A DNA stretch of 64,000 nt from Octopus vulgaris (GCA_951406725.2 OX597818.1:70122001-70186000), one strand, 5' to 3'; positions 26,251 through 39,745 are shown, numbered from the stretch's first letter. Translations and numbers: made by a program. The notes: generated by a model not told the origin, from the sequence alone.

Positions 26251-29200
26251 GCCAGTCAGGTGGCAATAGCATTGGCCATGCTTGAATTGGGCTTTTCACA
26301 TGCCACCAGCATGGGAGCCAGTCAGGTGGCAATAGCATTGGCCATGCTTGAATGGGGCTTTTCACATGCCACCAGCATGGGAGCCAGTCAGGTGGCAATA
26401 GCATTGGCCATGCTTGAATGGGGCTTTTCACATGCCACCAGCATGGGAGCCAGTCAGGTGGCAATAGCATTGGCCATGCTTGAATGGGGCTTTTCACATG
26501 CCACCAGCATGGGAGCCAGTCAGGTGGCAATAGCATTGGCCATGCTTGAATGGGCTTTTCACATGCCACCAGCATGGGAGCCAGTCAGGTGGCAATAGCA
26601 TTGGCCATGCTTGAATGGGGCTTTTCACATGCCACCAGCATGGGAGCCAGTCAGGTGGCAATAGCATTGGCCATGCTTGAATGGGGCTTTTCACATGCCA
26701 CCAGCATGGGAGCCAGTCAGGTGGCAATAGCATTGGCCATGCTTGAATGGGGCTTTTCACATGCCACCAGCATGGGAGCCAGTCAGGTGGCAATAGCATT
26801 GGCCATGCTTTCACATGCCACCAGCATGAGCCATAGGTGGCATAGCATTGGCCATGCTTGAATGGGTTTTCACATGCACAGCATGGGAGCCAGTCAGTGG
26901 CAATAGCATTGGCCATGCTTGAATGGGCTTTCACATGCCACCAGCATGGGAGCCAGTCAGGTGGCAATAGCATTGGCCATGCTTGAATGGGCTTTTCACA
27001 TGCCACCAGCATGGGAGCCAGTCAGGTGGCAATAGCATTGGCCATGCTTGAATGGGGCTTTTCACATGCCACCAGCATGGGAGCCAGTCAGGTGGCAATA
27101 GCATTGGCCATGCTTGAATGGGGCTTTTCACATGCCACCAGCATGGGGCCAGTCAGGTGGCAATAGCATTGGCCATGCTTGAATGGGGCTTTTCACATGC
27201 CACCAGCATGGGAGCCAGTCAGGTGGCAATAGCATTGGCCATGCTTGAATGGGGCTTTTCACATGCCACCAGCATGGGAGCCAGTCAGGTGGCAATAGCA
27301 TTGGCCATGCTTGAATGGGCTTTTCACATGCCACCAGCATGGGAGCCAGTCAGGTGGCAATAGGCATTGGCCATGCTTGAATGGGCTTTTCACATGCCAC
27401 CAGCATGGGAGCCAGTCAGGTGGCAATAGCATTGGCCATGCTTGAATGGGCTTTTCACATGCCACCAGCATGGGAGCCAGTCAGGTGGCAATAGCATTGG
27501 CCATGCTTGAATGGGGCTTTTCACATGCCACCAGCATGGGAGCCAGTCAGGTGGCAATAGCATTGGCCATGCTTGAATGGGTTTCACATGCCAGTCAGGT
27601 GGGAGCCAGTCAGGTGGCAATAGCATTGGCCATGCTTGAATGGGGCTTTTCACATGCCACCAGCATGGGCATGCTTGAATGGGCTTACTGCCAGTCAGGT
27701 GGCAATAGCATTGGCCATGCTTGAATGGGGCTTTTCACATGCCACCAGCATGGGAGCCAGTCAGGTGGCAATAGCATTGGCCATGCTTGAATGGGGCTTT
27801 TCACATGCCACCAGCATGGGAGCCAGTCAGGTGGCAATAGCATTGGCCATGCTTGAATGGGGCTTTTCACATGCCACCAGCATGGGAGCCAGTCAGGTGG
27901 CAATAGCATTGGCCATGCTTGAATGGGGCTTTTCACATGCCACCAGCATGGGAGCCAGTCAGGTGGCAATAGCATTGGCCATGCTTGAATGGGGCTTTTC
28001 ACATGCCACCAGCATGGGAGCCAGTCAGGTGGCAATAGCATTGGCCATGCTTGAATGGGGCTTTTCACATGCCACCAGCATGGGAGCCAGTCAGGTGGCA
28101 ATAGCATTGGCCATGCTTGAATGGGGCTTTTCACATGCCACCAGCATGGGAGCCAGTCAGGTGGCAATAGCATTGGCCATGCTTGAATTGGGCTTTTCAC
28201 ATGCCACCAGCATGGGAGCCAGTCAGGTGGCAATAGCATTGGCCATGCTTGAATGGGGCTTTTCACATGCCACCAGCATGGGAGCCAGTCAGGTGGCAAT
28301 AGCATTGGCCATGCTTGAATTGGGCTTTTCACATGCCACCAGCATGGGAGCCAGTCAGGTGGCAATAGCATTGGCCATGCTTGAATGGGGCTTTGCATTG
28401 GCACATGCCACCAGCATGGGAGCCAGTCAGGTGGCAATAGCATTGGCATGCTTGAATGGGGCCATGCTTGAATGGGGCTTTTCACATGCCACCAGCATGG
28501 GAGCCAGTCAGGTGGCAATAGCATTGGCCATGCTTGAATGGGGCTTTTCACATGCCACCAGCATGGGAGCCAGTCAGGTGGCAATAGCATTGGCCATGCT
28601 TGAATGGGGCTTTTCACATGCCACCAGCATGGGAGCCAGTCAGGTGGCAATAGCATTGGCCATGCTTGAATGGGGCTTTTCACATGCCACCAGCATGGGA
28701 GCCAGTCAGGTGGCAATAGCATTGGCCATGCTTGAATGGGGCTTTTCACATGCCACCAGCATGGGAGCCAGTCAGGTGGCAATAGCATTGGCCATGCTTG
28801 AATGGGGCTTTTCACATGCCACCAGCATGGGGAGCCAGTCAGGTGGCAATAGCATTGGCCATGCTTGAATGGGGCTTTTCACATGCCACCAGCATGGGAG
28901 CCAGTCAGGTGGCAATAGCATTGGCCATGCTTGAATGGGGCTTTTCACATGCCACCAGCATGGGAGCCAGTCAGGTGGCAATAGCATTGGCCATGCTTGA
29001 ATGGGGCTTTTACATGCCACCAGCATGGGTGCCAGTCAGGTGGCAATAGCATTGGCCATGCTTGAATGGTGCTTTTCACATGCCACCAGCATGGGAGCCA
29101 GTCAGGTGGCAATAGCATTGGCCATGCTTGAATGGGGCTTTTCACATGCCACCAGCATGGGAGCCAGTCAGGTGGCAATAGCATTGGCCATGCTTGAATG

Positions 29201-32200
29201 GGGCTTTTCACATGCCACCAGCATGGGAGCCAGTCAGGTGGCAATAGCATTGGCCATGCTTGAATGGGGCTTTTTACATGCCACCAGCATGGGTGCCAGT
29301 CAGGTGGCAATAGCATTGGCCATGCTTGAATGGGGCTTTTCACATGCCACCAGCATGGGAGCCAGTCAGGTGGCAATAGCATTGGCCATGCTTGAATGGG
29401 GCTTTTCACATGCCACCAGCATGGGAGCCAGTCAGGTGGCAATAGCATTGGCCATGCTTGAATGGGGCTTTTCACATGCCACCAGCATGGGTGCCAGTCA
29501 GGTGGCAATAGCATTGGCCATGCTTGAATGGGGCTTTTCACATGCCACCAGCATGGGAGCCAGTCAGGTGGCAATAGCATTGGCCATGCTTGAATTGGGC
29601 TTTTCACATGCCACCAGCATGGGAGCCAGTCAGGTGGCAATAGCATTGGCCATGCTTGAATGGGGCTTTTCACATGCCACCAGCATGGGAGCCAGTCAGG
29701 TGGCAATAGCATTGGCCATGCTTGAATGGGGCTTTTCACATGCCACCAGCATGGGAGCCAGTCAGGTGGCAATAGCATTGGCCATGCTTGAATGGGGCTT
29801 TTTACATGCCACTGGCATGGGTGCCAGTCAGGTGGCACTAGCATTGGCCATGCTTGAATGGGGCTTTTCACATGCCACCAGCATGGGAGCCAGTCAGGTG
29901 GCAATAGCATTGGCCATGCTTGAATGGGGCTTTTCACATGCCACCAGCATGGGAGCCAGTCAGGTGGCAATAGCATTGGCCATGCTTGAATGGGGCTTTT
30001 CACATGCCACCAGCATGGGAGCCAGTCAGGTGGCACTAGCATTGGCCATGCTTGAATGGGGCTTTTTACATGCCACCAGCATGGGAGCCAGTCAGGTGGC
30101 AATAGCATTGGCCATGCTTGAATGGGCTTTTCACATGCCACCAGCATGGGAGCCAGTCAGGTGGCAATAGCATTGGCCATGCTTGAATGGGGCTTTTTCA
30201 CATGCCACCAGCATGGGAGCCAGTCAGGTGGCAATGGCATTGGCCATGCTTGAATGGGGCTTTTCACATGCCACCAGCATGGGCCAGTCAGGTCAGGTGG
30301 CACTGCTGCATTGGCCATGCTTGAGTCATGGCAATAGCTTTGCTTGACATTGGGGCTTTTCACATGCCACCAGCATGGGAGCCAGTCAGGTGGCAATAGC
30401 ATTGGCCATGCTTGAATGGGGCTTTTACATGCCACCAGCATGGGAGCCAGTCAGGTGGCAATAGCATTGGCCATGCTTGAATGGGGCTTTTCACATGCCA
30501 CCAGCATGGGAGCCAGTCAGGTGGCAATAGCATTGGCCATGCTTGAATGGGCTTTTCACATGCCACCAGCATGGGAGCCAGTCAGGTGGCAATAGCATGG
30601 CCATGCTTGAATGGGCTTTACATGCCACGCATGGGGCCAGTCAGGTGGCAATACATTGGCCATGCTTGAATGGGCTTTTCATGCCACCAGCATGGGAGCC
30701 AGTCAGGTGGCAATAGCATTGGCCATGCTTGAATGGGGCTTTTCACATGCCACCAGCATGGGAGCCAGTCAGGTGGCAATAGCATTGGCCATGCTTGAAT
30801 GGGGCTTTTCACATGCCACCAGCATGGGTGCCAGTCAGGTGGCAATAGCATTGGCCATGCTTGAATGGGGCTTTTCACATGCCACCAGCATGGGAGCCAG
30901 TCAGGTGGCAATAGCATTGGCCATGCTTGAATGGGGCTTTTCACATGCCACCAGCATGGGAGCCAGTCAGGTGGCAATAGCATTGGCCATGCTTGAATTG
31001 GGCTTTTTACATGCCACTGGCATGGGTGCCAGTCAGGTGGCAATAGCATTGGCCATGCTTGAATGGGGCTTTTCACATGCCACCAGCATGGGTGCCAGTC
31101 AGGTGGCAATATCATTGGCCATGCTTGAATTGGGCTTTTTACATGCCACTGGCATGGGTGCCAGTCAGGTGGCAATAGCATTGGCCATGCTTGAATGGGG
31201 CTTTTCACATGCCACCAGCATGGGAGCCAGTCAGTTGGCAATAGCATTGGCCATGCTTGAATGGGGCTTTTCACATGCCACCAGCATGGGAGCCAGTCAG
31301 GTGGCAATAGCATTGGCCATGCTTGAATTGGGCTTTTTACATGCCACTGGCATGGGTGCCAGTCAGGTGGCAATAGCATTGGCCATGCTTGAATTGGGCT
31401 TTTCACATGCCACCAGCATGGGAGCCAGTCAGGTGGCAATAGCATTGGCCATGCTTGAATGGGGCTTTTCACATGCCACCAGCATGGGAGCCAGTCAGGT
31501 GGCAATAGCATTGGCCATGCTTGAATGGGGCTTTTTACATGCCACTGGCATGGGTGCCAGTCAGGTGGCAATAGCATTGGCCATGCTTGAATTGGGCTTT
31601 TCACATGCCACCAGCATGGGAGCCAGTCAGGTGGCAATAGCATTGGCCATGCTTGAATGGGGCTTTTCACATGCCACCAGCATGGGAGCCAGTCAGGTGG
31701 CAATAGCATTGGCCATGCTTGAATTGGGCTTTTTACATGCCACTGGCATGGGTGCCAGTCAGGTGGCAATAGCATTGGCCATGCTTGAATTGGGCTTTTC
31801 GCATGCCACCAGCATGGGAGCCAGTCAGGTGGCAATAGCATTGGCCATGCTTGAATGGGGCTTTTCACATGCCACCAGCATGGGAGCCAGTCAGGTGGCA
31901 ATAGCATTGGCCATGCTTGAATTGGGCTTTTTACATGCCACTGGCATGGGTGCCAGTCAGGTGGCAATAGCATTGGCCATGCTTGAATTGGGCTTTTCAC
32001 ATGCCACCAGCATGGGTGCCAGTCAGGTGGCAATAGCATTGGCCATGCTTGAATGGGGCTTTTCACATGCCACCAGCATGGGAGCCAGTCAGGTGGCAAT
32101 AGCATTGGCCATGCTTGAATTGGGCTTTTTACATGCCACTGGCATGGGTGCCAGTCAGGTGTCAATAGCATTGGCCATGCTTGAATTGGGCTTTTCACAT

Positions 32201-35200
32201 GCCACCAGCATGGGAGCCAGTCAGGTGGCAATAGCATTGGCCATGCTTGAATGGGGCTTTTCACATGCCACCAGCATGGGAGCCAGTCAGGTGGCAATAG
32301 CATTGGCCATGCTTGAATGGGGCTTTTACATGCCACTGGCATGGGTGCCAGTCAGGTGGCAATAGCATTGGCCATGCTTGAATTGGGCTTTTCACATGCC
32401 ACCATCATGGGAGCCAGTCAGGTGGCAATAGCATTGGCCATGCTTGAATGGGGCTTTTCACATGCCACCAGCATGGGAGCCAGTCAGGTGGCAATAGCAT
32501 TGGCCATGCTTGAATGGGGCTTTTTACATGCCACTGGCATGGGTGCCAGTCAGGTGGCAATAGCATTGGCCATGCTTGAATGGGGCTTTTCACATGCCAC
32601 CAGCATGGGAGCCAGTCAGGTGGCAATAGCATTGGCCATGCTTGAATGGGGCTTTTCACATGCCACCAGCATGGGTGCCAGTCAGGTGGCAATAGCATTG
32701 GCCATGCTTGAATTGGGCTTTTTACATGCCACTGGCATGGGTGCCAGTCAGGTGGCAATAGCATTGGCCATGCTTGAATGGGGCTTTTCACATGCCACCA
32801 GCATGGGAGCCAGTCAGGTGGCAATAGCATTGGCCATGCTTGAATGGGGCTTTTCACATGCCACCAGCATGGGAGCCAGTCAGGTGGCAATAGCATTGGC
32901 CATGCTTGAATTGGGCTTTTTACATGCCACTGGCATGGGTGCCAGTCAGGTGGCAATAGCATTGGCCATGCTTGAATGGGGCTTTTCACATGCCACCAGC
33001 ATGGGAGCCAGTCAGGTGGCAATAGCATTGGCCATGCTTGAATGGGGCTTTTTACATGCCACTGGCATGGGTGCCAGTCAGGTGGCAATAGCATTGGCCA
33101 TGCTTGAATTGGGCTTTTCACATGCCACCAGCATGGGAGCCAGTCAGGTGGCAATAGCATTGGCCATGCTTGAATGGGGCTTTTCACATGCCACCAGCAT
33201 GGGTGCCAGTCAGGTGGCAATAGCATTGGCCATGCTTGAATGGGGCTTTTTACATGCCACTGGCATGGGTGCCAGTCAGGTGGCAATAGCATTGGCCATG
33301 CTTGAATGGGGCTTTTCACATGCCACCAGCATGGGAGCCAGTCAGGTGGCAATAGCATTGGCCATGCTTGAATGGGGCTTTTCACATGCCACCAGCATGG
33401 GAGCCAGTCAGGTGGCAATAGCATTGGCCATGCTTGAATGGGGCTTTTTACATGCCACTGGCATGGGTGCCAGTCAGGTGGCAATAGCATTGGCCATGCT
33501 TGAATGGGGCTTTTCACATGCCACCAGCATGGGAGCCAGTCAGGTGGCAATAGCATTGGCCATGCTTGAATTGGGCTTTTCACATGCCACCAGCATGGGA
33601 GCCAGTCAGGTGGCAATAGCATTGGCCATGCTTGAATGGGGCTTTTCACATGCCACCAGCATGGGTGCCAGTCAGGTGGCAATAGCATTGGCCATGCTTG
33701 AATGGGGCTTTTTACATGCCACTGGCATGGGTGCCAGTCAGGTGGCAATAGCATTGGCCATGCTTGAATGGGGCTTTTCACATGCCACCAGCATGGGAGC
33801 CAGTCAGGTGGAAATAGCATTGGCCATGCTTGAATTGGGCTTTTCACATGCCACCAGCATGGGAGCCAGTCAGGTGGCAATAGCATTGGCCATGCTTGAA
33901 TTGGGCTTTTCACATGCCACCAGCATGGGTGCCAGTCAGGTGGCAATAGCATTGGCCATGCTTGAATGGGGCTTTTTACATGCCACTGGCATGGGAGCCA
34001 GTCAGGTGGCAATAGCATTGGCCATGCTTGAATTGGGCTTTTCACATGCCACCAGCATGGGAGCCAGTCAGGTGGCAATAGCATTGGCCATGCTTGAATG
34101 GGGCTTTTCACATGCCACCAGCATGGGAGCCAGTCAGGTGGCAATAGCATTGGCCATGCTTGAATGGGGCTTTTCACATGCCACCAGCATGGGTGCCAGT
34201 CAGGTGGCAATAGCATTGGCCATGCTTGAATGGGGCTTTTCACATGCCACCAGCATGGGAGCCAGTCAGGTGGCAATAGCATTGGCCATGCTTGAATGGG
34301 GCTTTTTACATGCCACTGGCATGGGAGCCAGTCAGGTGGCAATAGCATTGGCCTTGCTTGAATTGGGCTTTTCACATGCCACCAGCATGGGAGCCAGTCA
34401 GGTGGCAATAGCATTGGCCATGCTTGAATGGGGCTTTTCACATGCCACCAGCATGGGAGCCAGTCAGGTGGCAATAGCATTGGCCATGCTTGAATGGGGC
34501 TTTTCACATGCCACCAGCATGGGAGCCAGTCAGGTGGCAATAGCATTGGCCATGCTTGAATGGGGCTTTTCACATGCCACCAGCATGGGTGCCAGTCAGG
34601 TGGCAATAGCATTGGCCATGCTTGAATGGGGCTTTTCACATGCCACCAGCATGGGAGCCAGTCAGGTGGCAATAGCATTGGCCATGCTTGAATTGGGCTT
34701 TTCACATGCCACCAGCATGGGAGCCAGTCAGGTGGCAATAGCATTGGCCATGCTTGAATGGGGCTTTTCACATGCCACCAGCATGGGAGCCAGTCAGGTG
34801 GCAATAGCATTGGCCATGCTTGAATGGGGCTTTTCACATGCCACCAGCATGGGAGCCAGTCAGGTGGCAATAGCATTGGCCATGCTTGAATGGGGCTTTT
34901 CACATGCCACCAGCATGGGTGCCAGTCAGGTGGCAATAGCATTGGCCATGCTTGAATGGGGCTTTTCACATGCCACCAGCATGGGAGCCAGTCAGGTGGC
35001 AATAGCATTGGCCATGCTTGAATGGGGCTTTTCACATGCCACCAGCATGGGAGCCAGTCAGGTGGCAATAGCATTGGCCATGCTTGAATTGGGCTTTTCA
35101 CATGCCACCAGCATGGGAGCCAGTCAGGTGGCAATAGCATTGGCCATGCTTGAATGGGGCTTTTCACATGCCACCAGCATGGGAGCCAGTCAGGTGGCAA

Positions 35201-35722
35201 TAGCATTGGCCATGCTTGAATGGGGCTTTTCACATGCCACCAGCATTGGATCCAGTCAGGTGGCAATAGCATTGGCCATGCTTGAATTGGGCTTTTCACA
35301 TGCCACCAGCATGGGAGCCAGTCAGGTGGCAATAGCATTGGCCATGCTTGAATGGGGCTTTTCACATGCCACCAGCATGGGAGCCAGTCAGGTGGCAATA
35401 GCATTGGCCTTGCTTGAATGGGGCTTTTCACATGCCACCAGCATGGGTGCCAGTGAGGTGGCAATAGCATTGGCCATGCTTGAATGGGGCTTTTCACATG
35501 CCACCAGCATGGGAGCCAGTCAGGTGGCAATAGCATTGGCCATGCTTGAATGGGGCTGGTCACATGTCACCAGCATGGGAGCCAGTCAGGCAGTATTGGC
35601 ATCAGCTACACTCAAATGGCGCTTTTTACATGCCACTGGCATGGGTGCCAGTCAGGTGGCAATAGTATTGGCCATGCTTGAATGGGGCTTTTCACATGCC
35701 ACCAGCATGGGAGCCAGTCAGG
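26251..35722. repeat. 66-bp tandem array (~143 units; GCCAGTCAGGTGGCAATAGCATTGGCCATGCTTGAATGGGGCTTTTCACATGCCACCAGCATGGGA) derived from the RTE 3' UTR subrepeat
   Basis: Unit read directly and highly homogeneous. The right end grades through diverged units (35560-35740) into the minus-strand RTE ORF2 end. The unit aligns with RTE 3' UTR subrepeats at 40540-40600 and 61560-61630. Confidence 0.97.
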
Positions 35723-36700
35723 CAGCACTGGCATCGGCCACGACAACAATTTCACTTAGTTCAACAGGTCTTCACGAGTATGGCATATTGCCCAATGACT
35801 GAAGGCTGCTTTTAAACAGGCCAGTCATGTGACACTGGCATCAGCCACGTGTATGATCTCTCTTGGCTTGCCAGGTCTTCTCAAACAGAGCATATCTCCA
35901 AAGGTCTCAATCACTTGTCATTGCCTCGATGAGGCCCAACATTCAAAGGTCATGCTTCACCACCTTACCCCAGGTCTTCCTGGGTCTACCTCTTCAACAG
36001 GTTCCCTCCACTGTTAGGGTGTTACACTTCTTCACACAGCTTTCCTCATCTATATGCATGACATGACCATATCAGTGCAGTTGTCTCTCTTGCACACCAC
36101 ATCTGATGCTTCATATGCCCAACTTTTTTCTCAGGATGCTTACACTCTGTTGTGCATGCACACTGGCATTAAATATCCAGCAGAGCATACTAGCTTCATT
36201 TCTTTCAAACCTGCGTATGTCCTCGGTACTCACAGCCATTGTTTCACTGCCATGTAGTATGGTTGTTTGCACAGAAGCATAATACAGTCCACCATTTACT
36301 CTGAGCAAGAGGCCCTTTGTTAGCAGCAGAGGAAGGAGCTCTCTGAACTTTGCCCGGGCTATTCTTATTCTAGCAGCTGTGCTCTTAGAGCATCCACCCT
36401 TGCTACTGACTTGGTCACCAAGGTAACAGAAGCTATCAACAACTTCTGCTTCCTCCCCCTGGCATGTGATGGAATCTGTTTTCTGTACATCTTCAGTGTT
36501 TATTGCCCCTGTACATCTACCGCACACAAAATCTATCTTTCCAGTTAACATTCCTTTGACATTGCTGCACCTCTTATGTGCCCATAGCTTACACTGGGTA
36601 CATCTTATGAAATTTCTACCAACGACTTTTCTACTGATCAAGCTGGGCCATCTACCTGAAGGGATTTGTGATTTGTCTGCAAAATCCCATTTCAACAGTT
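35723..36700 (-). mobile_element. RTE-clade LINE, 5'-truncated ORF2 C-terminus and start of 3' UTR
   Basis: ORF 36111-36695 reads IRCTQCKLWAHKRCS...VDSFCYLGD...RIRIARAKFRELLPLL...HGSET; homologous to 52900-53730. Confidence 0.92.
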
Positions 36701-36790
36701 TGCAATGATCTTTACTACTTCAACTGAAATAGTAAAGATTTTCTTTTACAAATCAAGTCTTTTGTACACTGTTTATAATAGTGGCTTATA

Positions 36791-36835
<45 letters not shown>

Positions 36836-37315
36836 ATCCGTCAGCTGATGTATTTGCACTTTATTGTTTCTGTTATTCCATTCATAAAGCATTTCATGCT
36901 CTTCATTTGTTCTTCCCCCAACAAACAGTTTTCCACTGTCACCATTATTAACAATTGTAAATCCATCAATGCTAACTTGTTATTGATCTTTCTGACCAGT
37001 GGCAGTGTTTTATTTTGATATCACTTTAATTTAAAAACAATTTTAATTAACTTCATTTACATTTCATCGTTATTTCATTCTGACTTGACATTCTGAAGAG
37101 CATAAAAAACCCAGCAAGATTTTATCAAATGAAACCCTTTCTCACTCTACAAACAGAATGCATTGAGAACCTTCTATTTGAAAGTGCTTCTGTTTCCAGT
37201 ATATTTGACACATGCATACATGCGTGCATACATACATATATATATATATATATACATACACATACATACACACACACATACACACACACACACACACATC
37301 TAATACAAATATAAG

Positions 37316-37353
<38 letters not shown>

Positions 37354-37550
37354 TAGAAACTAATTGTAGAAATCGATGTACAACTGCTGCTGTTTCTGTT
37401 TCGATCTCAATGCAGAGTCTCATAATCTCGTCTGCTTCGTGTAGAGTTCTTGAAGTAATTAAAGATAACTTCTACAATGAGTAGTATTGCCAGTTAGGAG
37501 GCACAGAGCAAATGTAGGAGAAATAAGGATAAACACAAGTTTATATAATA

Positions 37551-37648
37551 GTTCCTATGCACGTTTCACCGTTACAGTTGTTTGGAAGCCTGAAATAGAT
37601 GTTTGAAAAGCATTTAGGCCCTCAACCACAAAGGATCGTCAGGGGAAC
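37551..37648 (-). ncRNA. Decayed type I hammerhead ribozyme-like motif in a Penelope-like terminal-repeat remnant
   Basis: Minus strand GUUCCC-CUGACGA-UCC...(long imperfect stem II)...GGU-GAAAC-GUGC-AUA-GGAAC. Stem I GUUCC/GGAAC pairs, but stem III has a C-A mismatch. Confidence 0.45.
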
Positions 37649-39650
37649 AACTCCATTCTGTTCTTCTAAGAAGAGTAAGTGGAGCAAGAGCATACACGGA
37701 AATGAATAGTGTTACTGCAGAGGTCACAGATGTGTGATGAAAGATTTCTGGACAATGGACGGGCGTTAAAATGATAAAATAACAGTAATAAATGAGTGAA
37801 GAAAATATAAAAAAATATATAGTGCATGTGTTGATTTGGCAAAAAAAATGTAAAAAGTGACCATCTCTCTTTCTTTTATCTCTCTCCTCCCTCCCCTTTC
37901 TCCTCCCACTCCTCTCTCTCTCTTAGCATTTCTCTGCTTCTCTCTTTCTTTCTAGTGACGAAAGACAAATATATAAAATAATAACTTACTTTCACTTTCC
38001 ATTCGAAGTGTTTGAACCTAATTTGTCAAACTCTTTTCCCTTTCTTTTACCCTTTTTTCTTGTTCCCTGTATTTACTTAAATTGTTGGGGGTGGCTGAGA
38101 AGTGAACCCTGAACTTTCTCCATTCTTTATGAAACTCTAACCTCACCTTGTTAATGGTATCTCTGTATGTAGCTTACATATCTTTCACAAACCATAATAC
38201 TAGACTTTGTTTTCTTATTTACCATTAAACTACACAGCATGGTACTTTCCCAAAAAACATTCTTCAGATCAATATATGTTAGATATAGTGATTTTTTTTT
38301 TTTCTAATTATGCTCTGACCCTTTCTGTATCTCTCATAACCTGGTTCATCAGTTTATGAAGCTTCTTTCTAGAGCATCCCCTTTGCTCTTGAGTCAATCG
38401 TTGATTATGATATTACTATATCAATCATTGGGAATAACCTTTCTTGGACTATTTCAATGACTACACAAATGACTGCTTCTCTTGTTCCATTCATAGAGTA
38501 TTTCAAGTTCTTCATTCTTCTGCTAAATTATTTCCAACTTCACCATTATCAACCCTGGCTCTTCATCATTAGATAGTTTCAGTAGTTCAGCACCTTCCCC
38601 TGATAATCCATCTCCCTCTCCTTATTTTTAAACCCCTAATGGTTATTTCATCTATTTAGCTTTCACCTTCAGAACCTGATCCTTCAGCTGGCTTTACTCA
38701 GAATAGTTCTTTGCTATCCAAGCAATTCTCCTCATTCACTAAATTCTTGTAATTGTTGAACGTCAGCAAATCTCTTCCTTCCATTTCTCTCTTTGCTGGT
38801 TGCTCTTACTCTCTCACTACTTCATATTTCCTCTCTCTTCCAAAATTCTGCCATTCATTCCAGGCCCAACCCTCAGTGTCTATTTTACCTACCATACCTC
38901 ACCACCTCATGTTACCTTTTCTTTGGCTGGAACATTGCTCAAAGACGATAGACAAATTCCCAGTTATGCTTTTTGTTTCACACTTGTTTCCGCTTTCTTC
39001 TTGATATACAACTTCCATAATTTCCTTCTCCAGGTAATGTTCAGTCACTGGATCTGTCTGGTTTTTAAACTAACGACAGTGATTACTATTTTATGTTGAA
39101 CAGTACATTCTTCATACAGGTAAAACTTGGTATTCACAACCATCAATCTGTTGTGTGTGTGTATGTTTATGGATGACATAAATGCATGAACACATAAATA
39201 TATACATATATATAGATACATACACATACCTACACACACACATCTACATGTGTAGGTGTGTATTTTTTCAATCTAATTCTCCTGAAAAATTTCCGTTTGT
39301 ATTGAATAAAAATTCCCCTCAAATCTAATTTATTTTTAATCCAAATTTTGTCAAAGGCAAACAAGTCCATTATCTTACATAGACTGAACTCAGTTTGAAG
39401 AATTCTCTTGGAGATGTTTGCAGGGAGAATTATCAATGTAATCTCTGCACTGTTGATTTTTCTAAGACTTAAGATTTCTCCGATTGTCAGCAAAAGCTTT
39501 ATAACACACAATGTGTTCCACAACTCCATCAGCTTTTTACACAACAGTCAAGTATTAAATACTGCCTCATGTATGGGACACTGTATATGAGCTTGTGCTG
39601 TTGTGTTTGATTTATATTTAATTTTCATGTGTGTGTATGTATGTATATAT

Positions 39651-39707
<57 letters not shown>

Positions 39708-39745
39708 GAGATAGATAGATAGATAGATAGATAGATATAGAGAGA
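39651..39745. repeat. (GATA)n microsatellite
   Basis: Directly visible. Confidence 0.97.

Noticed and set aside
26500-30700. Indel-rich, scrambled units at about 26.5-27.7 kb, 28.4 kb and 30.1-30.7 kb as biological variants
   Set aside because: Homopolymer-length errors and garbling near a gap are typical of unpolished long-read consensus.
26251-35722. CRISPR-like array
   Set aside because: No unique spacers (pure tandem repeat), no cas genes, eukaryotic context.
26251-35802. Very long ORFs on both strands (up to 1161 aa MGASQVAIALAMLEWGFSHATS repeats; 1052 aa MLLPPDWLPCWWHVKSPIQAWP repeats)
   Set aside because: The unit is 66 bp (22 codons), so any stop-free frame repeats indefinitely; 2 of 6 open frames is about chance expectation. 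The sequence derives from a LINE 3' UTR and common variants change amino acids. Translation is not excluded but has no support.
37093-37145. CTGAAGAG...GAAAC hammerhead-like spacing
   Set aside because: Stems I and III cannot be formed convincingly.
39020-39125. Plus-strand AG|GT motifs (ttccttctccag|gtaatg; catacag|gtaaaa), and weaker minus-strand ones near 3250, 5651, 14615 and 57032
   Set aside because: Weak donors or short pyrimidine tracts; within chance expectation for AT-rich DNA.
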